Positions 9,893 through 18,746 of a stretch of DNA of 64,000 nucleotides are shown in pieces. The stretch covers positions 94,775-158,774 of the forward strand of contig VXPF01000024.1 in the NCBI GenBank assembly GCA_009839725.1, written 5' to 3'. Each line of letters opens with the position of its first letter. The stretch's first letter is position 1. A program made the position numbers and the translations under genes. This DNA comes from Dehalococcoidia bacterium. Lineage in GTDB: Bacteria > Chloroflexota > Dehalococcoidia > Tepidiformales > Tepidiformaceae. Below the pieces are notes generated by a model. It was not told where the DNA came from. It saw only the letters and a program-made list of their open reading frames with translations, and made no database searches.

Positions 9893-10146
9893 TCCCATGG
9901 CTAGGGAACCGAAGCCGCCACCAGAGGGCGTTGTGAAGCCTCCTCCTCCTCCCGCGCCCCCTCCCAAGAAGTAGTGGGCCGGTCTGGATATCACTATTCC
10001 TGAGACACCCTCTCCTAGTCCCACACCTTCCCCCGACCGCGAGGGTATGTCTTTCTCTCCCCCGCCACCAAAGCCCCGGCCTCCCGCCCCTCCTCCGCCA
10101 AAGAAGTAGCGATCGACTACGACGCCCCCGACGGCTTTCTTTTCTC

Positions 10147-10788
10147 CTACCCGCCCCACCGGTCCCAGTGCGTGACGTCCTGCCACGGCTTGCGCCAGGG
10201 ACGGCCCCACGGACCCTCCGGGTAGCCAACCGGAATGAGCGCCGTGATGGTCACGTCCTCGGGCAGGCCGAGGACGTCGCGTACTTCCGCGGTGGCCTCG
10301 GGCCTGACCGGCGTGTAGTCCGTCGCCAGGGTCAGTAGCACCGTTCCCAGGCCGCGCGACCGCGCCGCCAGCAGGATGTTCTGCACCGCCGGGTACGTCG
10401 AGCTGAAGAAGCCCGACGAGATGTCGGAGTTGTCGGGCGCGCGACCGTGCAGGCAGGGCACGATGATCGCGGGCGACTGGTCGAGGTGTTCGACGTTGTG
10501 CATCGCCTTCGAGTAGACCCGCTGGCGGTCCGGGGTGATGTCCGGGTCGGCGAGCACGCCGTCGCGGATGTAGCGCTCGCCCACATCCCGATAGGCCGCG
10601 CCGATCTTCGCGATCTGCTCCGGGTCGGTCACAACCACGAAGGCCCACATCTGCGTGTTGCCCGCGCTCGGCGCCATCGTCGCCGCCTCGATGATGTACT
10701 CGAGGTCGTCCCGGGGTACGGGGTCGGGCTTCAGATGCCGCATGCTCCGCGTCGTGAAAATCGCTTCGTGGACCGAGACGTCGCCCAT
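10147..10788 (-). CDS. Nitroreductase family protein
   Basis: The N-terminus IFTTRSMRHLKPDPVPRDDLEYIIEAATMAPSAGNTQMW is the classic nitroreductase signature. Confidence 0.85.
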   Translation of the reverse strand: MGDVSVHEAIFTTRSMRHLKPDPVPRDDLEYIIEAATMAPSAGNTQMWAFVVVTDPEQIAKIGAAYRDVGERYIRDGVLADPDITPDRQRVYSKAMHNVEHLDQSPAIIVPCLHGRAPDNSDISSGFFSSTYPAVQNILLAARSRGLGTVLLTLATDYTPVRPEATAEVRDVLGLPEDVTITALIPVGYPEGPWGRPWRKPWQDVTHWDRWGG

Positions 10789-10961
10789 CGGTTCGCTCCT
10801 GTCCGCGCCCGGGGGCGCGGGGCTTCTGGTGTCGGCACGATAGCCACGCCCGGGTGGCCCTACAAGCGCAGGCGATGGCGCTGCCCGGGCACGCTCCGCG
10901 CTGGTGTCGGGAAGGGTCGGGCAGTAGGATTGGCCTACGTCTATCCCCGCGGAGGGAAGCC

Positions 10962-12662
10962 ATGCCCCAATTCGATACCGTCATCAAGAATGGCACCGTC
11001 TTTGACGGCCAGCGCACGCCGCGTTTCAACGGCGATATCGGCATCAAGGACGGCCACGTCGTCAGCATCGGCGGCAAGATCCATTCGTCCGATGCCGGCA
11101 GGGTCATCGACGCCACCGGCCTGAACGTCGCCCCCGGCTTCATCGACCTGCACACGCACTACGACTCCCAGGTCTACTGGGATCCGTGGTGCTCGATCTC
11201 GAGCTGGCACGGCGTTACGTCGGTCGCTATCGGGAACTGCGGCTTCGGCTTCGCCCCCTGCAAGCCCGAGGACCAGGACCGCGCCATGCTGACGATGTCG
11301 CGGAACGAGGCCGTTCCCCTCGAGTCGATGCAGGAAGGCATGCCATGGGACTGGGAGACCTACCCCGAGTTCCTCGACAGCCTGGATCGCACGCCCAAGG
11401 GCGTGAACATGCTCAGCTACATGCCCCTCAACCCCCTGATGGCCTACGTCATGGGTCTGGAGGCGGCGAAGAGCCGCCCCGCCAACGAGGCGGAGATGGC
11501 TGAGATGCACCGCCTGATGAAGGAAGGCCTGGAAGCAGGCGGCTGCGGCTGGTCGGCCCAGATCGGCGAGAACGACATCCAGCGTGACTACGACGGCACG
11601 CTCATGATCACCAACCTGATGACGCACGACGATCTGCTCTCCTTCGCGCGGGTGCTGCGCGAGGTGGGTCGCGGCTTCATCCAGTGCATCGGCGCGAGCC
11701 AGGAGCTCACCGAGAAGCTAGCCGACGAGAGCGGCCGTCCCGTGATCTTCAACGTTCTCGGCGTGGCCACCGACCAGCACGGCGCGGCCATGCCGCAGTA
11801 CAAGGACACCATCAAGTGGCTGGACGACTGCAATGCGCGGGGCACCCGCGTCTTCGCCCAGGCGCTGACGGCCGAGAACAACTTCCAGTTCACCTTCGAG
11901 GAGTGGAACCTGTTCGACTCCAGCCCCGTCTGGCGCGAGATGACCCTCGGCACCGTCGAGGAGCGCGCGGTCAAGATGGCCGACCCGGAGCGCCGCGCCG
12001 CCGCCAAGGCCGAGTTCGACGACTCCCAGTACGGCGGGGTGGGGATCGTCTTCTCCCTCGACCAGCTCATCGTCGGCGAGCTGCACAAGCCGGAGCTGGA
12101 CCACTACACCGGCTGGACCGTCACCGAGATCGCCAAGGACCGCAACTGCCATCCCGTCGACGCGATGCTCGACATCGCCCTCGAGGACGACATGAAGGCG
12201 TTGTTCGTGACCGCCCCACGGCCCACCGACATGGCGGCCATGAAGGAAGTCGCCAACTCGGCCTTCGCCCTGCCGGGCGTGTCCGACGGTGGCGCCCACA
12301 CCAAGTTCATCACCCTCGGCCGCTACCCGACCGAGTTCCTCACCAGCCTCGTGCGGGACAACGAGGTCATGGACCTGGAGCAGGCCCACTGGCGCCTCAG
12401 CGCCTATCCAGCGCTGGCGGCGGGCTTCCGCGACCGCGGCACCATCCGCGAGGGCGCTCCCGCCGACGTCGTCATCTACGACCTCGAGAAGCTCGAGATG
12501 GGTGAGACGGAGAAGGCCTACGACTACCCGGCCGGCGCCTGGCGCCTCGTCCGGAAGCCCGAGGGCTACCGTCACATCCTGGTCAACGGCGAGGAGACGT
12601 TCGTGGACGGCGAGTGCACGGGCGCGACGACCGGCAAGCTCCTGCGCCACGGCTCCGCCTAG
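10962..12662 (+). CDS. Amidohydrolase, N-acyl-D-amino-acid deacylase (D-aminoacylase) family, paralogue 1
   Basis: VIKNGTVFDG...GFIDLHTHYD (HxH metal site)...GVTSVAIGNCG. Start moved to ATG 10962, after GGAGGGA. Confidence 0.85.
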   Translation: MPQFDTVIKNGTVFDGQRTPRFNGDIGIKDGHVVSIGGKIHSSDAGRVIDATGLNVAPGFIDLHTHYDSQVYWDPWCSISSWHGVTSVAIGNCGFGFAPCKPEDQDRAMLTMSRNEAVPLESMQEGMPWDWETYPEFLDSLDRTPKGVNMLSYMPLNPLMAYVMGLEAAKSRPANEAEMAEMHRLMKEGLEAGGCGWSAQIGENDIQRDYDGTLMITNLMTHDDLLSFARVLREVGRGFIQCIGASQELTEKLADESGRPVIFNVLGVATDQHGAAMPQYKDTIKWLDDCNARGTRVFAQALTAENNFQFTFEEWNLFDSSPVWREMTLGTVEERAVKMADPERRAAAKAEFDDSQYGGVGIVFSLDQLIVGELHKPELDHYTGWTVTEIAKDRNCHPVDAMLDIALEDDMKALFVTAPRPTDMAAMKEVANSAFALPGVSDGGAHTKFITLGRYPTEFLTSLVRDNEVMDLEQAHWRLSAYPALAAGFRDRGTIREGAPADVVIYDLEKLEMGETEKAYDYPAGAWRLVRKPEGYRHILVNGEETFVDGECTGATTGKLLRHGSA

Positions 12663-12690
12663 CGCGAACCGCCACCGGCAACGCACCATC

Positions 12691-12715
12691 GCGGGGCGCC
12701 CATCGGGCGCCCCGC
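12691..12715 (+). terminator. GC-rich hairpin downstream of the amidohydrolase
   Basis: GCGGGGCGCCC-ATC-GGGCGCCCCGC gives perfect 11-nt arms, 29 nt after the stop. There is no U-tract. Confidence 0.45.
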
Positions 12716-12792
12716 TCCACGTCACGGCCCTTGCACCGATCCCATAGAATGCCCGTCATCGCAGGCGTCGGTCTGCCCGACAAGGAGGGAAC

Positions 12793-14607
12793 ATGGCCGA
12801 GAACTATTGGACCAGGTACATGCGCAGGCGTCCCATGACGCGCAGAACGTTCCTGAAGGGAACGGCGCTCGCGGGCGGCGGCGCCGCCACGGCCGCGCTC
12901 ATCGGCTGCGGTGACGACGATGACGACGAGCCGGCGCCGACTGCGGCCCCCGACCGGCCGGACGAGCCCGAGGCGACGGCGGCTCCTGACGACGCCGACG
13001 AGCCCGAGGCGACGGCAGCTCCCGACGAGCCCGACGCGACCGCTGCCCCCGAGGCCACTCCCGTGCCTTCCAACATCAAGCGGGGCGGCACCCTGCGAAT
13101 CGGTGGCAGCGTTGGTGGCGACTCGGTCTTCGACCCTGCCATCACGAACCACACCATCACGTACTCCCTCGGTATGGGTCTCGTCTACAACCGCCTGCTC
13201 AACTACGACGGTGACGTGAACGTGCACGCGGAGCTGGCGGAGTCCCTTCCCGAGCAGCCCGATGACCTGACGTACGTGTTCAAGATTCGTCCCGACATCC
13301 ATTGGCACGACTTGCCGCCCGCCAACGGACGGCAGTTCACCGCAGAGGATGCGGCGTTCGGCCTGAGCCGCTTCAACGAGGACAACCCGGAGTTCATCCA
13401 GGGTCAGCTCGACCGTATCTCGGACATCGAGGTCATCGACGACCTCACCTTCCGGGTCAGCACGAACGAGCCGTTCGCGCCTATGCTCCGGTTCCTCGCC
13501 GACGACCCCATCCTCATGGTCAACCGCGAGCAGCGCGACGCCGTGGGCGACGCCGGGATGAAGCTCTACGAGAACCAGGTCGGAACCGGCCCGTTCGTTC
13601 GCGGCGAGCTCGATCCGGGCGTGCGGGGCATCCTCAACAAGAACTCCAACTACTTCGAGATCGGCGACGACGGTCAGCCCCTGCCCTACCTCGATCACGT
13701 CGAGCATCTCGCGTTCTCCCAGGAGGCGCAGGAGGGCGCCTTCATCGCCGGCGAGTTCGATCACTACGACAACATTGGGGCCGGTGGCCTGTTCATTCAG
13801 GTGCAGGCGCTGCAGGGGCAACTTGGCGACGAGGTCGGGTTCCGCAAGCGGCTGCACTCCGCCATCGAAGAAACCCACATGCACAACCAGAAGGCGCCGT
13901 TCAACGATGCGCGCGTGCGTCAGGCGGTTCACCTGGCTATCAACCGGCAGATCGCTGTCAACCCGTTCGGTCCGGAGAGCGGCATCTACATGGGACCCGT
14001 CCCGCAGATGTTCCATCCCTTCGCCTTCACGGAGCAGGAGCTCCTGGAGATGCCGGGCTGGCGCGAGGACAAGGACCAGGACATCGCCGATGCCATCGCG
14101 CTCATGAACGCGGCCGGCGTGGGGGTTGGCGCCGACGAGACCATCACCATCCCGACACCCATCCAGTGCCCCTGCCACGCCACCGGCATCAAGGACGACG
14201 TCTCTGTCCTCGGACTCGATCTCGAGCTCCAGCAGGCCACCGGCGCCGACTACTTCGCCGAGCGCGCGCAGGGCAACTTCACCATGAACATCGGCCTTGA
14301 GGTGGGCGGTACGGATGCGGATACCTATCTGTACCACCGCTTCCACACCGGGGCCCCGTTCAACCGGGTGGGCTTCTCCGAACCCGACGTCGACGCCTTG
14401 CTGCAGAAGCAGCGGTCAACGCTGGATACCGAGGCTCGCGCCGAGGCGGTGCGAGAGGCCTCGCTCGCCCTCATCGAGCACTCGCCGCAGGCCTTCACGG
14501 CCTCGCTCGTCTTCTATCCCATCTTCCGCAGTTACGTCATGGGCCATCCCGAGCGGATTCCGTTCGGACTGACCCACAACCTCGGACGGCTCTGGCTCGA
14601 CGCCTAG
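12793..14607 (+). CDS. ABC transporter substrate-binding lipoprotein, family 5 (peptide/nickel/opine type), Tat-exported
   Basis: Twin-arginine motif TRRTFLKG and lipobox LIGC. The length and motif pattern fit SBP_bac_5. AAGGAGGGA lies before the ATG. Confidence 0.85.
   Translation: MAENYWTRYMRRRPMTRRTFLKGTALAGGGAATAALIGCGDDDDDEPAPTAAPDRPDEPEATAAPDDADEPEATAAPDEPDATAAPEATPVPSNIKRGGTLRIGGSVGGDSVFDPAITNHTITYSLGMGLVYNRLLNYDGDVNVHAELAESLPEQPDDLTYVFKIRPDIHWHDLPPANGRQFTAEDAAFGLSRFNEDNPEFIQGQLDRISDIEVIDDLTFRVSTNEPFAPMLRFLADDPILMVNREQRDAVGDAGMKLYENQVGTGPFVRGELDPGVRGILNKNSNYFEIGDDGQPLPYLDHVEHLAFSQEAQEGAFIAGEFDHYDNIGAGGLFIQVQALQGQLGDEVGFRKRLHSAIEETHMHNQKAPFNDARVRQAVHLAINRQIAVNPFGPESGIYMGPVPQMFHPFAFTEQELLEMPGWREDKDQDIADAIALMNAAGVGVGADETITIPTPIQCPCHATGIKDDVSVLGLDLELQQATGADYFAERAQGNFTMNIGLEVGGTDADTYLYHRFHTGAPFNRVGFSEPDVDALLQKQRSTLDTEARAEAVREASLALIEHSPQAFTASLVFYPIFRSYVMGHPERIPFGLTHNLGRLWLDA
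12925..13050 (+). repeat. In-frame tandem repeat encoding an acidic Pro/Ala/Thr linker (DEPEATAAPD-like, about 4 units)
   Basis: Units gacgagcccgaggcgacggc(g/a)gctcc(t/c)gac are read directly. The protein reads DEPAPTAAPDRP DEPEATAAPDDA DEPEATAAPD EPDATAAPE. Confidence 0.7.
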
Positions 14608-14637
14608 TCGGAACAGTCGGAACCCGTCGAAGCGACC

Positions 14638-14667
14638 AAAGGGGCCGGCCGCCCGGCCTGCCCCTTT
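14638..14667. terminator. Bidirectional hairpin between the convergent SBP and permease genes
   Basis: AAAGGGGCCGGCCG-CC-CGGCCTGCCCCTTT forms a 14-nt stem with one mismatch. A/T runs on both sides suit either strand. Confidence 0.5.
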
Positions 14668-14668
14668 C

Positions 14669-15562
14669 CTATGTCCCCCGCATGCGCGGATCCCAGAGGT
14701 CCCGCAGCGAGTCTCCGAGCAGGTTCACGCCCAGTACCGCCAGGGCAAGCCCGATGGCCGGGTAGATGAACATGTGCGAGGCGAACGAAATGTAGGAGCG
14801 GCTATCGGCGATCATGCGCCCCCACTCCGACTGTGGCGGTTGCACCCCGAGGCCAAGGAAGCCGAGCGCCCCGGTCGCCAGCATCAGGTTCCCTACGCCC
14901 ACGGCGAAGATCACGCCGATGGTGGGGGCGATGTTGGGCAAGACATGGCGCAGGAGGATCCGTCTCCAGGACGCTCCCATCACTTCTGCTGCCTCAACGT
15001 ACGGGTTGGTGAGCGTTGAAAGGGTTGACGCCCGTGCGATGCGGACCAGTGGAGGTGTCACCGATAGCGCCAGAACAAGGACGAGCACCTGTGTGTCGCG
15101 GCCGAACACGATCAGGAAGAGAAGGATCAGGAACAACCCCGGCAGGGCCAGCATCGCATCGATAATTCGCTGGAAGATGATGTCGATCCCGCGGACATAT
15201 GCCGAGATCATCCCGAGCAGCGTGCCCGCTGCTGTCGCAATCGCCAGCGAGAGCGATGCCACAATGACTGTAATACGTCCTCCCGCCATCGTTCGCGAGA
15301 AGTAGTCGCGGCCCTTCTCGTCCGTCCCGAACCAGCTCTCACTGGAGGGACTGGCCAGGAGATTGCCTGTCTGCTTGTCGGGATCGTGGGTCGCAATGGT
15401 CGGCCCAAAGATGACAATCACCAGCACGATCAGCGTCAGGAACAGTCCGAAGACGCCCACGGGCTGCGTGCGGGCCGTGTGTCCCAGTCGCCGCCAGACG
15501 CTCGGGCGTGATGGGAGGATGGGCTGCCCCGCAATCGCTGCTTCGCTGCGCCCTGCACTCAT
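14669..15562 (-). CDS. ABC transporter permease (DppC/OppC-like)
   Basis: Multi-pass membrane protein with an EAA-type loop region (EAAEVMGASWRRILLRHVLPN). Confidence 0.85.
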   Translation of the reverse strand: MSAGRSEAAIAGQPILPSRPSVWRRLGHTARTQPVGVFGLFLTLIVLVIVIFGPTIATHDPDKQTGNLLASPSSESWFGTDEKGRDYFSRTMAGGRITVIVASLSLAIATAAGTLLGMISAYVRGIDIIFQRIIDAMLALPGLFLILLFLIVFGRDTQVLVLVLALSVTPPLVRIARASTLSTLTNPYVEAAEVMGASWRRILLRHVLPNIAPTIGVIFAVGVGNLMLATGALGFLGLGVQPPQSEWGRMIADSRSYISFASHMFIYPAIGLALAVLGVNLLGDSLRDLWDPRMRGT

Positions 15563-16503
15563 GCGTACTGAATCCTTGGGTTGAGCCAGGCGTAGACGAT
15601 GTCCACGGCCAGGTTGACCATCACGAACATGAACCCTGAGAACACCACGAATGTCTGCACGACGAGGTAGTCCTCCTGCCGTACCGCGTTGAGTGCGTAC
15701 AGTCCCAGACCCGGCAGGCTGAAGATCGATTCGACAATTACCACGCCGCCCAGTGCGCCCCCGAACGACAGGCCGAGCACGGTGATGACCGGGATGAGGG
15801 CGTTCTTCAGCGCGTGGCGTTGAATTACTGTGCCGCGCCTCAGCCCCTTGGCCTGAGCGGTGCGCACGTAGTCCTGGCGAAGCACTTCAAGCATCTCCGT
15901 ACGCGTCAGGCGGATCAGCGTTGCCATGAGCGCCAGGGCGTTCACCACGACCGGAATGGAATACACCTGCATGTTCCTCAGCGGGTCGTCCTGGAAGGCC
16001 ACGTAGCCAAGGGGCGGGAACCAACCCCACCAGATCGCGGGGAATTTCAACACGAATACCGCGATCACGAAGCTCGGCACCGCCAGCACGACCACACTGA
16101 TGATGCGGACGGAGTGATCGCCCAAGCCGTTCTGCCTCACCGCTGCAACCGCCCCTAGGGGGATGGCGATGACAGCCTGCACGAGGACCGTCAGGACGAC
16201 CAACTGGATCGTCACCGGGAAACGCCGCTCGATTTCCTCGGAGATCGGTGTGTAGCTGACGAACGACCTGCCGAAATTGCCCTGGAACGCGTTTGACATC
16301 CAGTCCCAGTAGGCCTCGAACGGCCCCTTGTTCAGCCCAAGGTGCTCCCGCAGTTCATCCGCGCGTTCGGGCGTGTAGCTGTTCTGAAGCTGGTAGTCGA
16401 CGACGTCACCTGGGGTCAGCCGCATGATCATGGCCGTGCCGAAGGAGAGGATCAGCAGGGTCACCGGCACGAGCAGCAGCCGCCGCAGGATGTACGTCGT
16501 CAT
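15559..16503 (-). CDS. ABC transporter permease (DppB/OppB-like)
   Basis: The N-terminus MTTYILRRLLLVPVTLL and the loop YVRTAQAKGLRRGTVIQRHALKNAL are typical. It overlaps the downstream permease by 4 nt. Confidence 0.85.
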   Translation of the reverse strand: MTTYILRRLLLVPVTLLILSFGTAMIMRLTPGDVVDYQLQNSYTPERADELREHLGLNKGPFEAYWDWMSNAFQGNFGRSFVSYTPISEEIERRFPVTIQLVVLTVLVQAVIAIPLGAVAAVRQNGLGDHSVRIISVVVLAVPSFVIAVFVLKFPAIWWGWFPPLGYVAFQDDPLRNMQVYSIPVVVNALALMATLIRLTRTEMLEVLRQDYVRTAQAKGLRRGTVIQRHALKNALIPVITVLGLSFGGALGGVVIVESIFSLPGLGLYALNAVRQEDYLVVQTFVVFSGFMFVMVNLAVDIVYAWLNPRIQYA

Positions 16504-16509
16504 CTTCGT

Positions 16510-17307
16510 CTACCCGCTCAGGAATCCCTTCACGGCGCTCGCCGTTGGCTCCAGTTGCTCCATCTGGGGCAGGTGCCCCGCACCCGAGATCAGCTCGATG
16601 TGTGCGTCCGGGATGGCCTGCTCGAAATCGCTCGCATAGATGGACGGGACCAGCCCGTCCTGCTCGCCCCAGAGGATGAGCGTGGGCGCGGTGATGCGGT
16701 GCAGCCGCTTCTTCAGTCCCTTGTCCGGTATGGGCCACACGAACTTCCCGGTGCAGGCCAGCGACCAGGTGGTGCGTAGCGCCATCTGGATGCCCGTCTC
16801 CGGGTCCGGGGGAGGCGCCGCCATCATCTGGGCGGCCGGGCCCGTCGGGTCGGCGAACAGCAGGGGGCCGAGGTCCTGCGGCGCCGTCGCCATCCAGTTC
16901 GCCACCGGCGCGTCGTCCCGCCAAAGCCCGACCGGGTCGATCAACGCCAGCCGGCTCACCCGCGACGGGTTTGTGGCCGCGACCTCCGCCGCCACCATGC
17001 CCCCGAACGAGTGCCCGACCACGGCCGGGCTGTCGAGTCCCAGCTCGTCGAACACCTCGTAGTAGGAGAGGACGAGGTCCCAGAGGTTGTCGATCGGCTT
17101 GATCGCGTCGGGGTTGCCGGGGGTCGTGCCCGGGTGCTCGGGTGCGTACACCGTGAACGACTCAGCCAGCGCGTCGAGGAACGGGTCCCAGTTGAGCCCC
17201 ATCGCCCCGTGGAAGAACACGAGCGGCGGACCCTCGCCGGCGACAAGCGCGCGCGATTGCACCTTGCCCTGCCAGACGCTGGTTTCCCGCTCGATGACAG
17301 CTGCCAT
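16510..17307 (-). CDS. Alpha/beta hydrolase (meta-cleavage-product hydrolase-like)
   Basis: Nucleophile elbow GHSFGG and C-terminal GAGHLPQME. Start moved to ATG 17307, which forms a TGATG overlap with the upstream LLM stop. Confidence 0.8.
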   Translation of the reverse strand: MAAVIERETSVWQGKVQSRALVAGEGPPLVFFHGAMGLNWDPFLDALAESFTVYAPEHPGTTPGNPDAIKPIDNLWDLVLSYYEVFDELGLDSPAVVGHSFGGMVAAEVAATNPSRVSRLALIDPVGLWRDDAPVANWMATAPQDLGPLLFADPTGPAAQMMAAPPPDPETGIQMALRTTWSLACTGKFVWPIPDKGLKKRLHRITAPTLILWGEQDGLVPSIYASDFEQAIPDAHIELISGAGHLPQMEQLEPTASAVKGFLSG

Positions 17308-18572
17308 CAGGAGCCGCCCGCCACGGCCGCGACGCCGTCTTCCGCGTTGACCTGCCGGCCCGCACGGAGTCTCTCCGGCCACCAGTGGTTCTCCCACTCG
17401 TCCTGCCAGTGGTGGCGGATGTGAGGAATCACCTCGGTGGCCATCAACTCGATGTTCTTCATCGCCAGCTCGTGCGGCATCGAGCCGATTTGCAGAAGAA
17501 GCATCAGGTTCCCAACGCGCAGGCTCTTGATCAGCTCCTCAAGCTGGTCCCGCACCGACGCGGGGCCGCCCGAGATCACGTACTGATTATCAACATAATC
17601 CTTGAACGACCAGTCGCTCAGCCGCTGCTGCTCCGACATCTGCTGCGAGAGCATCCGTCGAAGATTGTTCTCGAGGCTGCGGTAGTCCTGGTGGCCGGGC
17701 GGTGTGAACTCGGGAGCGATATGCAGGCACTTCTCGAAGAAGTACTTGATGTGCTTCTCGTAGTCCTTCTCCGCCTGCGCATCCGTCTCCGAGACCGCCA
17801 CCAGCTGCAGGAAGCCGGCCCGATACGGGTTCAGCTCCTTCTCCTTGCTGTCCATGAACTCCCAGAAGCTGTCCATCACCGCCTTGCCGCGGGCGTGCCC
17901 GAAGTAGCTCAGGAAGCAGTAGCAGTGGCCCTGATCCGCCGCGAACTCCCACGTGCTCAGGCTGCCCATGCCCGGCACCCACACCGGCGGGTAGGGCGTC
18001 TGCACGGGCCGCGGCCAGAGGTTGACCATCGGCAGCTGCGTGTACTTCCCGTTGAAGGGGAACGGCTCGCGCGACTGCCACGCCTTCAGGATCAGGTCGT
18101 GCGCCTCGTAGTAGCGCTCGCGCTGCTCGATGGGCGTGATGCCGTAGCCCATGTTCGCGTCCATGGCCGTGCCCAGGGGCATCCCCGCCACCAGCCGCCC
18201 CCCCGAGATGCAGTCCAGCATCGCGTACTCCTCCGCGATGCGGATCGGGGGGTTCGTCGTCGGCAGCGTCGCGCCCATCTGCACGAGCGCCACGTCCTGG
18301 CCGCGCGTCGCCCGCGCCAGTGCGCCGCCCATCACGTTCGGGCCGGGCATGAAGCCGTAGGCGTTCTGGTGGTGCTCGTTCACGCAGATGCCGTCGAAGC
18401 CGAGGTCGGCCGCGTGCATCAGCTCATCGAGGGTCCAGTTGTAGTAGTCGCCCACGCGCTCGGGCGTCGCCAGCTCGTGGAAGGGCGGGTCGACCCATAC
18501 CGAGTGGTAGCGCTCCTCGAAGTCGTCGGGCAGCTCCCGGTGGGGCATCAGGTGGAACATCGAGATCTTCAT
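17307..18572 (-). CDS. LLM-class (luciferase-like) flavin-dependent monooxygenase
   Basis: MKISMFHLMPH...GFDGICVNEHHQNAYGFMP. Start moved to the internal ATG after GGGAGG. Confidence 0.85.
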   Translation of the reverse strand: MKISMFHLMPHRELPDDFEERYHSVWVDPPFHELATPERVGDYYNWTLDELMHAADLGFDGICVNEHHQNAYGFMPGPNVMGGALARATRGQDVALVQMGATLPTTNPPIRIAEEYAMLDCISGGRLVAGMPLGTAMDANMGYGITPIEQRERYYEAHDLILKAWQSREPFPFNGKYTQLPMVNLWPRPVQTPYPPVWVPGMGSLSTWEFAADQGHCYCFLSYFGHARGKAVMDSFWEFMDSKEKELNPYRAGFLQLVAVSETDAQAEKDYEKHIKYFFEKCLHIAPEFTPPGHQDYRSLENNLRRMLSQQMSEQQRLSDWSFKDYVDNQYVISGGPASVRDQLEELIKSLRVGNLMLLLQIGSMPHELAMKNIELMATEVIPHIRHHWQDEWENHWWPERLRAGRQVNAEDGVAAVAGGS

Positions 18573-18746
18573 CGGGTACCTCCCGGGCGCCGTCCGAAGC
18601 ACGTGACTCGCGCCCCGCCGCGGGGCGACTCTATGGCGCGTGGAGCTCCGCGCCCACGCTAGCGATCGGCTACAGGCAGGTCAATACGCTCGCGCGCATC
18701 CCGCCGCTCCGCCCCCCAGACCCTTTCCGGCGTCTACGCTAGAGGC

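Noticed and set aside
9653-11155. 500-aa minus-strand ORF spanning the Pro/Gly-rich insert, the nitroreductase and the amidohydrolase start
   Set aside because: It is out of frame with the real nitroreductase gene on the same strand. It also overlaps the plus-strand membrane-protein and amidohydrolase genes. The only part worth keeping in mind is the Gly-rich read of 9893-10146, discussed in the findings. That part has no ATG and only a poorly placed GTG.
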